The position numbers and the translations under genes are program-made. DNA of 64,000 nucleotides from Malacoraja senta (taxonomy: Eukaryota), in NCBI GenBank assembly GCA_038087875.1, contig CM075993.1:8992001-9056000 (forward strand), in the 5' to 3' direction. Below are positions 38,660-50,557 of the stretch, piece after piece. Under the pieces are notes generated by a model. The model worked only from the letters and a program-made list of their open reading frames with translations, made no database searches and was not told where the DNA came from. Numbering within the stretch: position 1 is the stretch's first letter; each line of letters begins with the position of its first letter.

Positions 38660-40230
38660 CAGTGGCTTGCAAAAGTATTCATACCCCTTGAACTTTTCCA
38701 CATTTTGTCACGTTACAACCACAAACGTAAATGTATTTTATTGGGATTTTATGTGATAGACCAACACAAAGTGGCGCATAATTGTGAAGTGGAAGGAAAA
38801 TGATACATGGTTTTCAAATTTTTTTATAAATAAAAAACTCAAAAGTGTGGCGTGCAAAAGTATTCAGCCCCCCTGAGTCAATACTTTGTAAAACCACCTT
38901 TCGCAGCAATTACAGCTGCAAGTCTTTTGGGGTATGCTCTACCAGCTTTGCACATCTAGAGACTGAAATTTCTGCCCATTCTTCTTTGCAAAATAGCTCA
39001 AGCTCAGTCAGATTGGATGGAGAGCGTCTGTGAACAGCAATTGTCAAGTCTTGCCAGAGATTCTCAATTGGATTTAGGTCTGGACTTTGACTGGGCCATT
39101 CTAACACATGAATATGCTTTGATCTAAACCATTCCATTGTTGCTCTGGCTGTATGTTTAGGGTCGTTGTCCTGCTGGAAGGTGAACCTCCGCCCCAGTCT
39201 CAAGTCTTTTGCAGACTCTAACAGGTTTTCTTCCAAGACAGCTTCCCTGTCCCTGCTGAAGAAAAGCATCCCCACAGCATGATGCTGCCACCACCATGTT
39301 TCACAGTGGGGATGGTGTGTTCAGGGTGATGTGCAGTGTTAGTTTTCCGCCACACATAGCATTTTGCATTTAGGCCAACAACTTCAATTTTGGTCTCATC
39401 CGACCAGAGCACCTTCCTCCACATGTTTGCTGTGTCCCCCACATGGCTTGTGGCAAACTGCAAACGGGACTTCTTATGGCTTTTTTTCAACAATGGCTTT
39501 CTTCTTGCCACTCTTCCATAAAGGCCCGATTTGTGGAGTGTACGACTAATAGTTGTCCTGTGGACAGATTCTCCACCTGAGCTGTGGATCTCTGCAGCTC
39601 CTCCAGAGTTACCATGGGCCTCTTGGCTGCTTCTCTGATCAATGCTCTCCTTGCCTGGCCTGTCAGTTTAGGTGGACGGCCATGTCTTGGTAGGTTTGCA
39701 GTTGTGCCATACTCTTTCCATTTTCGGATGATGGATTGAACAGTGCTCCGTGAGATGTTCAAAGCTTGAGATATTTTTTTATAACCTAACCCTGCTTTAA
39801 ACTTCTCCACAACTTTATCCATGACCTGTCTGGTGTGTCCCTTGGGCTTCATGATGCTGTTTGTTCACTAATGTTCTCTAACAAACCTCTGAGGCCTTCA
39901 CAGAACAGCTGTATTTATACTGAGATTAGATTACACACAAGTGGACTCTATTTACTAATTAGGTGACTTCTGAAGGCAATTGGTTGCACTGGATTTTATT
40001 TAGGGGTATCAGAGTAAAGGGGGCTGAATACTTTTGCACGCCACACTTTTCAGTTTTTTATTTGTAAAAAAATTGAAAACCATGTATCATTTTCCTTCCA
40101 CTTCACAATTATGCGCCACTTTGTGTTGGTCTATCACATAAAATCCCAATAAAATACATTTACGTTTGTGGTTGTAACGTGACAAAATGTGGAAAAGTTC
40201 AAGGGGTATGAATACTTTTGCAAGCCACTG
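38660..40230 (-). mobile_element. Tc1/mariner transposon, Passport-like, IR/DR type
   Basis: TA|cagtggcttgcaaaagtattca ... tgaatacttttgcaagccactg|TA; ~212-bp near-perfect TIRs (38660-38872, 40019-40230) with internal repeat tgcaaaagtattca. Confidence 0.96.
38878..39852 (-). pseudogene. Tc1 DD34E transposase, disrupted by frameshifts and a ~40-bp deletion
   Basis: Three overlapping ORFs: MKPK..GRPPKL (paired-like HTH), WSDETK, QQDNDPKH, SPDLNPIENLW. Confidence 0.92.
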
Positions 40231-40577
40231 TATATTGTATATTGGATTAAATATATAAAATGATCAAAATATCTTGACTAAGTGATTTGAGACAAATAAT
40301 TTATGTGCATGGAAGTTGATGTCAGTTGTGGTAAAAGTATGAAAAAGTTTTGCTTGTGGGTAACCACCAACAAAATGCACAATTTGGCTGATCAGTATCA
40401 CGTGCTCCAAGTTATTTGTATGGAAGGTTCAATATAAACATATTGTGCAATAATTCCACAAGATCTTAATACTAATCATTTATTTCGAAAGATTATTGAC
40501 AAATTGCCCAAGGTTTCAACTCAAAGATATCAAATGTGTAATATTTCTTTAAACTGAGGTGCTTCTAAATTTTTAAT

Positions 40578-42690
40578 GGTAGACAAAAATGCTGGAGAAA
40601 CTCAGCGGGTGAGGCAGCATCTATGGAGCGAAGCAAATAGGCAACTTTTCTGGCCAAAACCCTTCTTCAGACTGTAAGGGTGGGGGGGGGGGGGAGCGGG
40701 AAGAAGAAAAGAAGAGGTGGAGCCAGTGGGCTGAGGGAGAGCTGAGAAGGGGAGGAGAAAGTAAGGACTACCTAAAATTAAAGAAGTCAATGTTCATACC
40801 GCTGGGGTATAAACTGCCCAAGCAAAATATGAGGTGCTGCTCCACCAATTTACGGTGGTCCTCACTCTGGCCATGGAGGAGGCCCAGGACAGAAAGGTCG
40901 GATTCGGAATGCGAGGGGGAGTTGTAGTGCCGAGCCACCGGGAGATTAGGTTGGTTATTGCAAACCGAGCAGAGGTGTTCGGCGAAGCGATCGCCAAGCT
41001 TACGCTTGGTCTCACCGATGTAGAGCAGCTGACATCTAGAGCAGCGGATGCAATAGATGAGGTTGGAGGAGGTGCAGGTGAACCTCTGCCGCACCTGGAA
41101 AGACTGCTAGGGACCTTGAATGGAGTCAAGGGGTGAGGTAAAGCGACAAGTGTAGCATTTCCTGCGGTTGCCAGGGAAAGTGCCCGGAGAGCAGGTGGTA
41201 CGGGTGGGAAAGGACAAATTGACCAGGGAGTTATGGAGGGAGCAGTCTCTGCGGAACGCAGACAGGGGAGGAGATGGGAAGATGTGGCAAGTGGTGGGGT
41301 CACGTTGGAGGTGGTGAAACTGACGGAGGATTATTTGTTGTACGTGACGGCTGGTAGGGTGGAAGGTGAGAACAAGGGGGACTCTGCCCTTGTTACGAGT
41401 GGGTGGATGGGGAATGAGAGTAGAGTCACGGGGTATAGAAGAGACCATGGTGAGAGCCTCATCTATGGTAGAAGAGGGGAACCCCCGTTCCCTGAAGAAT
41501 GAGGACGGGGCCCTGGTGTGGAACACCTCATCTCCGATGCCCTGGTGTGGAACACCTCATCCTAGGTGCAGATGCGGCGTAGATGGAGGAATTGGGAATA
41601 GGAGATAGAGTTCTTACAGGAAGCAGGGTGGGAAGAAGTGTAGTCCAGATAGCCATGGGAGTCAGTGGGTTTATAGTGGATGTCGGTCAGGAGTCTATCA
41701 CCTGCGATGGAGATAGTGAGGTCAAGAAATGGTAGGGAAATGTCGTAAATGGTCCAGGTGTATTTGAGTGCCGAATGGAAGTTAGTGGTGAAATGGATGA
41801 AGTCAGTGAGTTGTGTGTGGGTGCAGGAGGTAGCACCTATGTAGTCGTCGATGTAGCGGAGGTAGAGTTCAGGGATAGGGCCAGGGTACGTCTCGAACAA
41901 GGATTGTTCGACGTACACTACAAAGAGGCAGGCATAGCTAGGGCCCATGCGCGTGCCCATAGCTACGCCTTGTATTTGGAGGAAATGGGAGGAGTCAAAC
42001 GAAAAGTTATTAAGGGTAAGGACCAGCTCCGCTAGGCGGAGAGTATCAGTAGACGGGGATTGGTTGGTTCTCTGGTCGAGGATGAAACGGAGGGCTTTGA
42101 GACCCTCCTGGTGGGGGATGGAGGTGTAGAATGACGACATTCATGGTGAAGATGAGGGAATGGGGGCCTAGAAAATGGAATTCCTGGAGTTGACGAAGAG
42201 CGTGTGAGGTGTCTTAAACATAGGTAGGGAGGGATTTAACCAGGGGGGTAGGATAGAGTTGAGGTACGTGGAAATAAGTTCGGTAGGACACAAACAGGCA
42301 GAAACAATGGATCTGCCAGGACAGTCAGGATTGTGGATTTTGGGGAGAAGGTAAAATCGGGCCGTGCGGGGCTGTGGAATGATGAGGTTGGAGGCTTGGG
42401 AGGGCAGGGAGCCCGAGTTGATGAAGTCAGTGATGGTGCTAGAGATAGTGGCCTGGTGCTCGTCTGTGGGGTCATGGTCCAAGAATAAGTAGGAGGGAGT
42501 GTCTGAGAGTTGGCGCGTGGCCTCAGCCTTGTAGAGATCAGCGCGCCAGACTACCACGGCACCTCCCTTGTCGGCGGGTTTGATCACCCAGTCTGGGTTG
42601 TTGCAGAGTGAGTGGAGGGCTGTATGTTCATGGGGGGAGAGGTTAGAGTGAGACAGGGGAGTGGAGAAGTTGAAGCGGTTGATGTCCCCC
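40578..42690 (-). mobile_element. Penelope-like retroelement (RT plus GIY-YIG endonuclease), 5'-truncated and frameshifted
   Basis: IKPADKGGAVV, GVAMGTRMGPSYA, YLRYIDD, YKPTDSHGYLDYTSSHP, NLIYCIRCSRCQLLYIGETKRKLGDRFAEH. Confidence 0.93.
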
Positions 42691-44344
42691 AGCAGTTTAA
42701 AATAAAAAGGTCTATGGCTGGTTTAGTGACTCAAAGCATCTCAGCATTATGAAAATTTTAGGATATGTTTTTTCAGATAATGTTAGAGTCAAGAGTGTTT
42801 TATTGTCATATGCCCCAGATAGGACAATGAAATTCTTACTTGCTGCAGCACAACAGAATATGTAAACAAAGTACATAACGGGAGATGTATACACATGCAC
42901 ACACTGAATGCAACTACTTCAGTAGATGTAGTTTATTGACAGAAAGCAGCATGCATTCATTCCTAAAGATTTATCTATATTTGAGAAAATTATATCACTT
43001 CAATTGAAACAAATTAATATTTGGAGATTATAGTTCATGTGAGTCATCTATTACTTGTAATACCTTTTGTATTTTAGCTGGTAGCATCTTTTCTCACTCT
43101 TATTCCAGGATAAAGGACGTTTGTGGGACAATGCTTAGATTGCTAGCTTCCAGCTTCAATAACATCAGAAATTATAGATTTGATTTCCAGTGGCATTCTT
43201 TACAATTGCACTGACTGCAAGAGGTTCATTAGAACTTTAGAGACTATGCCAACCAAGGCCACATTGTCCATTACGCAAAATATTAGAGATTATGACGCAC
43301 CAGCTGTACCTACAGCCTGTTTATTAAAACTAAATACACAAGATTAGTTATGTTTTGGCTGAAAGCTGAGCTGCTCGAAATTATGGAATTATGTTTGTAT
43401 TCACGTTTATGGGAATTGGCAACTACATTTGCTCTTTCTAGATCTAACAGAAGATCAAAGTATGTTTTAAGTATAATTTGCTCGTAAGCAAAATTATTTT
43501 AAAAACTGGCACATTGGGATCCAAATTTCCATTCTTAACAACTGACGAAGACCAACAACATTAGCCTTCCAACATCAACTTCACACTGCTCCATCCACTA
43601 GCTGTTCCTTACACGTGCTTCTTGCTTTGTACTTCTGAAGCTTACTATTTTAAATCTCAGCTTAAGCGTATTTGTGCTGCCAGATGTAGTGGTTAGATTT
43701 CAGTAAAATCTTTTGAAAAGCACAAAAAACAATGTACTGAAAATCTAAAATTAAAGCAGAAAGTAGAAAAAAACACTGGCAAAAGGGGTGAGATAGACTG
43801 GTAGGTGAGAGGTGAAACCTGATGAGGGGAGGATGATAGGTAGATGGAGGAATCGTAGGAAAAGAAAAAAAGGCAGATGGAACCAGCTGGCAGAGGGGAG
43901 AAGGAAGGGGTAGAATTGGATAAGGGATGGGTGATGGGCAGATGAAATCAGGTGGAGGAGGGGTTAGGAAAGTGAACCAAGGGAGTAGAAACCCAGGTAG
44001 AGGAGCAATTGGAACTAGTGTAGGCATTGAGGGGGGGGGGGGGGGTTAAGGGATAGAAAAGGTCAACAAAGAGAAAGAGACCCAGGATAGACAGTGACAG
44101 TGGGGGGAGGAAACAGGGAATTGGAAAATTCATTTTCATAACATTAAGCTAGCCAAATGCTGTTGGCAGAAGAGAAGGCTGGGAACAGACAGGTTGGTGT
44201 GGGAAATGGGAAGGGGAGTTGAAATGACGTGCCACCTGTCTACATGCAAATTGTCCGCAATGGCCATCTACCTGGAGCTTCCAGTGGCATATCATTTCAG
44301 CTCCCCTTCCCATTCACACACTAACTTGTTTATCTTGCCCTTTG

Positions 44345-44705
44345 TTAGACAAAGTGCTGTAGTAACTCAGCGGGACAGGCAGCATGTCTGGAGAAAAAGG
44401 ATAGGCGACGTTTCGAGTTGGGACCCTACTTCAGACTGAAAGTAGAGGGTGGGGGTGGGGGGTGAAGAGCTGGAGGCGAGAAAAGACCAAGACCAATCAG
44501 GGCCGGCCACAAATTACCTCAGGCAGTGTGATGCCCTGGTGGGAAAATTGTTGGCTAGTGAAGGTGTGAACTCAAGAGGGATACAATGTGGTGAGCTAAG
44601 AAATTGGTTAAACAACCTAGGGGGAAGGGGAGGGCAATGTAAATAGAAGTTACTTAAAATTAGAGAATTCAATGTTCATACTGCTCGGTTGTAAGCGATC
44701 CAAGG
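44345..44705 (-). mobile_element. Penelope-like 3' tail fragment
   Basis: Same tail as 40578-40810, including the ctgaagtagggtcccaactcgaaacgtc motif on the minus strand. Confidence 0.7.
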
Positions 44706-45584
44706 ATAGCTCTTGTCTCTTGTGTCTTTATTTTGGGAACACTCAGCAGGTTAAGCGACATTTGTAGAGAGAGAAATGTCTCAGATCAATAAACAATTCC
44801 AATAAAGGATCTGTGAGTTGAAACACTTCCTTGTTTCTCCCTCCACAAATGCTACCTAGCCTACTGAGTATCTTCAGCATTTTCTGGTTTTATTGTGATA
44901 AAGGTATTCTGTGGTGCCTGTTAGCTTAAGTTCCACTAGATTCCAGTTGATTTCGAGTAGCTTGCCTTGAGAAACAAAAGAGAAAAAAATGTGATGATGC
45001 AGGTCACAATGCAAATTTTCTTGAGTCCCAACACAAAATATCTGACATGCAATCAGTGCTTAATTTGTGATGGTACCAGCATCTATGAAAAGATAAAACT
45101 AGATTTTCAATTTTGGGAGATTTTTAATATTTCAATAAGATTACTAACCTTTAAAAAAAGAAATGTATTCATTACATTAGGTGGTCAGGCTCTTAAATAA
45201 TGTGATTAACACAGAGTGAAGAATCTAACAAGTTTATCTGTCAGGTTAAGGAATGTAAAGTCACAGTGTCATAGATGGGCTTTGGGCCTTCAGCCCCCAA
45301 ATCTAACCAGTACCAACCTATTTACACTAATCCTACATAAGATTAGCAAATTTGCTGATGATAAGATTAGTACATTTGCTGATGATAAGATTAGCAAGTT
45401 TCCTGATTGTGATGATACAAATGTTAGTGGTTTTTCAGATAATGAAGATGGTTGTGGAAGATTACAGCAGGATCTGGATCGATTATGCAGGATCTGGATC
45501 GATTGGCCAAGTGGGCGGAGGAATGGTTGATGGAATTTAATACAGAAAAGTGCAGAGTAGGGCAATCCAGGACCAGAGGACATA

Positions 45585-47987
45585 GTGGGTGACTTCAATC
45601 TACATATAGATTGGGTGAATCAAATTGGCAGGGGTGCTGAGGAAGAGGATTTCTTGGAATGTATGCGGGATAGTTATCTAAACCAACATGTAGAGGAACC
45701 AACGAGAGAGCAGGCTATTCTAGACTGGGTATTGAGTAATGAGGAAGGGTTAGTTAGCAGTCTTGTTGTGCGTGCCCCATTGGGCAAGAGTGACCATAAT
45801 ATGGTTGAGTTCTTCATTAGGATGGAGAGTGACATTGTTAATTCAGAAACAACGGTTCTGAACTTAAAGAAAGGTAACTTTGAGGGTATGAGACGTGAAT
45901 TGGCCAAGATTGACTGGCAATTAGTTCTAAAAGGGTTGACGGTGGATATGCAATGGAAGGCATTTAAAGACTGCATGGATGAACTACAAAAATTGTTCAT
46001 CCCAGTTTGGCAAAAGAATAAATCAGGGAAGGTAGTGCATCCGTGGATAACAAGGGAAATCAGGGAAAGTATCAAAGCAAAAGATGATGCGTACAAATTA
46101 GCCAGAAAAAGCAGCATACCAGAGGACTGGGAGAAATTCAGAGACCAGCCGAGGAGGACAAAGGGCTTAATTAGGAAAGGGAAAATAGATTATGAAAGAA
46201 AACTGGCAGGGAACATAAAAACTGACTGCAAAAGTTTTTATAGATATGTGAAGAGAAAGAGATTAGTTAAAACAAATGTAGGTCCCTTGCAGTCAGAAAC
46301 AGGTGAATTGATCATGGGGAACAAGGATATGGCAGACCAATTGAATAACTACTTTGGTTCCGTCTTCACTAAGGAAGACATAAATAATCTGCCGGAAATA
46401 GCAGGGGACCGCGGGTCAAAGGAGATGGAGGAACTGAGTGAAATCCAGGTTAGTCGGGAAGTGGTGTTGGGTAAATTGAATGGATTAAAGGCCGATAAAT
46501 CACCAGGGCCAGATAGGCTGCATCCCAGAGTACTTAAGGAAGTAGCTCCAGAAATAGTGGATGCATTAGTGATAATTTTTCAAAACTCTTTAGATTCTGG
46601 AGTAGTTCCTGAGGATTGGAGGGTAGCAAACGTAACCCCACTTTTTAAGAAGGGAGGGAGAGAGAAAATGGGGAATTACAGACCAGTTAGTCTAACATCG
46701 GTAGTGGGGAAACTACTAGAGTCAGTTATTAAAGATGGGATAGCAGCACATTTGGAAAGTGGTGAAATCATTGGACAAAGTCAGCATGGATTTACGAAAG
46801 GTAAATCGTGTCTGACAAATCTTATAGAATTTTTCGAGGATGTAACTAGTAGAGTGGATAGGGGAGAACCAGTGGATGTGTTGTATCTGGACTTTCAGAA
46901 GGCTTTCGACAAGGTCCCACATAAGAGATTAGTATACAAAATTAAAGCACACGGTATTGGGGGTTCAGTATTGATGTGGATAGAGAACTGGCTGGCAAAC
47001 AGGAAGCAAAGAGTAGGAGTAAACGGGTCCTTTTCACAATGGCAGGCAGTGACTAGTGGGGTACCGCAAGGCTCAGTGCTGGGACCCCAGCTATTTACAA
47101 TTTATATTAATGAACTGGATGAGGGAATTGAAGGCAACATCTCCAAGTTTGCGGATGACACTAAGCTGGGGGGCAGTGTTAGCTGTGAGGAGGATGCTAG
47201 GAGACTGCAAGGTGACTTGGATAGGCTGGGTGAGTGGGCAAATGTTTGGCAGATGCAGTATAATGTGGATAAATGTGAGGTTATCCACTTTGGTGGCAAA
47301 AACAGGAAAGCAGACTATTATCTAAATGGTGGCCGATTAGGAAAAGGGGAGATGCAGCGAGACCTGGGTGTCATGGTACACCAGTCATTGAAAGTAGGCA
47401 TGCAGGTGCAGCAGGCAGTGAAGAAAGCGAATGGTATGTTAGCTTTCATAGCAAAAGGATTTGAGTATAGGAGCAGGGAGGTTCTACTGCAGTTGTACAG
47501 GGTCTTGGTGAGACCACACCTGGAGAATTGCGTACAGTTTTGGTCTCCTAATCTGAGGAAAGACATTCTTGTCATAGAGGGAGTACAGAGAAGGTTCACC
47601 AGACTGATTCCTGGGATGTCAGGACTTTCATATGAAGAAAGACTGGATAGACTTGGCTTATACTCGCTAGAATTTAGGAGATTGAGAGGGGATCTTATAG
47701 AAACGTACAAAATTCTTATGGGGTTGGACAGGCTAGATGCAGGAAGATTGTTCCCGATGTTGGGGAAGTCCAGGACAAGGGGTCACAGCTTAAGGATAAG
47801 GGGGAAATCCTTTAAGACCGAGATGAGGAAAAACTTTTTCACACAGAGAGTGGTGAATCTCTGGAACTCTCTGCCAGAGAGGGTAGTTGAGGCCAGTTCA
47901 TTGGCTATATTTAAGAGGGAGTTAGATGTGGCCCTTGTGGCTAAAGGGATCAGGGGGTATGGAGAGAAGGCAGGTACGGGATACTGA
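45585..47987 (+). CDS. CR1 ORF2 (C-terminal half of APE endonuclease plus reverse transcriptase), 800 open codons
   Basis: GDFN, LDWVL, SDH, NYRPVSLTS, LDFQKAFDKVPH, GVPQGSVLGP, KFADD; no internal stops; lacks N-terminus. Confidence 0.9.
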   Translation: MGDFNLHIDWVNQIGRGAEEEDFLECMRDSYLNQHVEEPTREQAILDWVLSNEEGLVSSLVVRAPLGKSDHNMVEFFIRMESDIVNSETTVLNLKKGNFEGMRRELAKIDWQLVLKGLTVDMQWKAFKDCMDELQKLFIPVWQKNKSGKVVHPWITREIRESIKAKDDAYKLARKSSIPEDWEKFRDQPRRTKGLIRKGKIDYERKLAGNIKTDCKSFYRYVKRKRLVKTNVGPLQSETGELIMGNKDMADQLNNYFGSVFTKEDINNLPEIAGDRGSKEMEELSEIQVSREVVLGKLNGLKADKSPGPDRLHPRVLKEVAPEIVDALVIIFQNSLDSGVVPEDWRVANVTPLFKKGGREKMGNYRPVSLTSVVGKLLESVIKDGIAAHLESGEIIGQSQHGFTKGKSCLTNLIEFFEDVTSRVDRGEPVDVLYLDFQKAFDKVPHKRLVYKIKAHGIGGSVLMWIENWLANRKQRVGVNGSFSQWQAVTSGVPQGSVLGPQLFTIYINELDEGIEGNISKFADDTKLGGSVSCEEDARRLQGDLDRLGEWANVWQMQYNVDKCEVIHFGGKNRKADYYLNGGRLGKGEMQRDLGVMVHQSLKVGMQVQQAVKKANGMLAFIAKGFEYRSREVLLQLYRVLVRPHLENCVQFWSPNLRKDILVIEGVQRRFTRLIPGMSGLSYEERLDRLGLYSLEFRRLRGDLIETYKILMGLDRLDAGRLFPMLGKSRTRGHSLRIRGKSFKTEMRKNFFTQRVVNLWNSLPERVVEASSLAIFKRELDVALVAKGIRGYGEKAGTGY

Positions 47988-48075
47988 GTTGGATGATCAG
48001 CCATGATCATATTGAATGACGGTGCAGGCTCGAAGGGCCGAATGGCCTACTCCTGCACCTATTTTCTATGTATCT
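45586..48075 (+). mobile_element. CR1 LINE, 5'-truncated, ORF2 open; ATAG repeated at both junctions
   Basis: CR1 3'UTR and ttttctatg tail; flanks rejoin as gaccagaggacatag/gttcaag, matching the CR1 family copy at 58306-58640. Confidence 0.95.
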
Positions 48076-48079
48076 ATAG

Positions 48080-48358
48080 GTTCAAGATGAAGGGGAAAAG
48101 ATTTAATAGGAATCTGAGGGGTAACTTTTTCACCTAAAGGGTGGTGGGTGTATGGAACAAGCTGCCAGATGAGGTAGTTGAGGCTGGGACTATCCCAACG
48201 TTGAAGAAAAAGTTAGACAGGTACATGGATAGGACAGGTTTGGAGGGATATGGACCAACCACAGGCAAGTGAGACTAGTGTAGCTGGGACATTGTTGGCC
48301 GGTGTGGGCGAGTTGGGCCGAAGGGCCTGTTTCCACATTGTATCACTCTATGACTATG
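48080..48358 (+). mobile_element. CR1 (HER1-like) 3' fragment; host of the preceding insertion
   Basis: Near reverse complement of 58306-58590. Confidence 0.85.
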
Positions 48359-49241
48359 AATCCCAAACTTCTTGCACAAGGCAATGTTCAGTGAAGTCTC
48401 ATCAAATTAAGTAATTGGTGTTAGATTATATGCTTTTTTAGAATGGTATTGGATCCATGCTGTTGTGATTCTATAGGTGCACAGAGGAATAATATTGATA
48501 AGATAGCAGTTTGTAGAATATATCTAGTCATACCTCACGGATCATCCTGCATTACTTGGTTGTGATATGGCCAGATGTATACACAAGACGTACATTATAC
48601 AACTGTATTGAGCCAGATATTTAGGAGAATTACAGAAAAAATATGAGCCATGAGGTTGCAGATAATAATTCATTATTTTTTGGAATGCATTCTAATGTCA
48701 CAACCCTCATGAAATCCAGCATGGGAGCCAGAAGTTGCTGTAATTTACCAATCAATTTCAGTGAGGAATCCTCACAGACCTCTTGCAAAGGGCTGGACCT
48801 GCTACATGGACTGCTTTTCCATTGATTTAAATGAAGGGGAATGGCTGTGAGAAACATTGGTAGGGAATAATTGATTTCAATTTTTATTTTAAAAATCCTT
48901 CAGATGTATTTAATTACAGTATATTAAGCGTTTCTATTTTATTTTTCATACTTTAGATGGATTTTATTGGTTCGGAAAGCTTTTGAATACTTAAAATAAA
49001 TCACAGTCAATTATCCTGTCAGCCCTTACTGCTTTAACTCAGATGGAAAATTAATAATTAGTGATGATGGCAATATGAAGGCAACTACTTTGGAACTGTG
49101 CCATATTAAAAATCAACATCGATGAAGAAAATGAAAACATTATATATTTTAGCCCAGTTTTACGATATTGTTTTTGTTTTTTGTTTTAGAGAAACAGCGA
49201 TATATCTGGAGTTAATTTCATTAATTTTTTTTTTCTTTCAG

Positions 49242-49367
49242 ATATTGATGAATGCCGAGTCCTTGCAAACACATGCCAGAATGGACAGTGCATTAATACG
49301 GTTGGGTCATATCGGTGCCTGTGCAAGACTGGATACACCACAGACCTCACCGGAACATCCTGTGTGG
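49242..49367 (+). CDS. FBN1: Fibrillin exon, cbEGF37
   Basis: ttcag|...|gtaag, 126 bp; [42 protein letters not shown]. Confidence 0.95.
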
Positions 49368-50557
49368 GTAAGTATTTTAAAAGAAAATTGTGGGTGGTGG
49401 TGGCCCGTCGGTAACGACGATGGTGGGTTGTGAAATCTCAATTCTGGTGAGTTCTGACATGGCTCACGAGTCCAATCCGTGAACCGCACACTCGAGGGCA
49501 GTGGGGGCAGATGAAAGTCATCGCTGGCCGGTTCTAGGCGGCAGCCTTCCTCCTCTCACTGGCTTTGGTAAGTCGCTCGAGGCGACGCTCCTCGAAGATG
49601 CTGGCTGCTGTTCACACTGCTGCGCGCCAGCATGTTCTGTCACTGGCGCAGGAATCCAGTTGCTTCGGCGCAAGACCACAATAGTGGAGATGGTCCTTGA
49701 CGCAATCTTTGTACCGCTTCCTGGGATGCCTGCAGTTCCTTTGTCCCTGGGAGAGCACACATAGAAGACCTGTCGCAAAGTAAGAATTTCATTGTCCTAT
49801 CAGGGACACATGACAATAAACTCTCTTGAATCTTGAATTGAGGCATGCGGGTTTCATCCATCCTGATGACGTGCCTAGTTGTGCTTTGATGATCATTATC
49901 TCGATGCTTGTGAAGCTGGAAATGTCCAATACTTCTAGGTTGGGCACTCTGTCCTGCCAGCGAATGCCCATGATGGACCGTAACGAGCACATATGGAACT
50001 TCTCAAGTTGACAGATGTGATTCCTATACAAGATCCATGTTTCACAGCCATAGAGCAGGCTGGAAAGCTGAACTGCTTTGTAGACCTTGAGTTTAGTTGA
50101 CAGCTTGATGTTGTGGTGTTCAATACTCGTGTACGCAGTGGTCCAAGTGCTTGACTGGCTTTGCTGATTCTCGTTGAGATTTCCTTGTCCAGGGAGCCAT
50201 CAGATAATATTACACTTCCCAAGTATTTGAAGGAGTCAACGGCTTTCAGCTGTGTGCTGTCAATGTGCACACTTGGTGGATGACTTCCGTTTTGCTGAGG
50301 CTGATTGTGAGACCAAAAGCCTGTGCTGCTTCCGCAAATTTGGTCACAATGAACTGGAGGTCAGACTCCTCGTGAGCCATGAGGGTGCAGTCATCCGCAA
50401 AAAGGGCTTCGAGAATAAGCCGTTCGTGCGCCTTGGTTTTGTCGTTCAGTCGTCGCAGGTCAAAGAGAGATCCGTCCAGACGGTACTTCAGGTACACGCC
50501 AAGATCGAGGTCCTGGAGAGCATGACTCAGGACGCAGCCAAAGAAGAGGTTGAAGAG

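Noticed and set aside
45674..47710. Antisense ORFs over CR1 ORF2 (also 53207-53743 and 55224-55832)
   Set aside because: Shadow frames opposite LINE coding sequence
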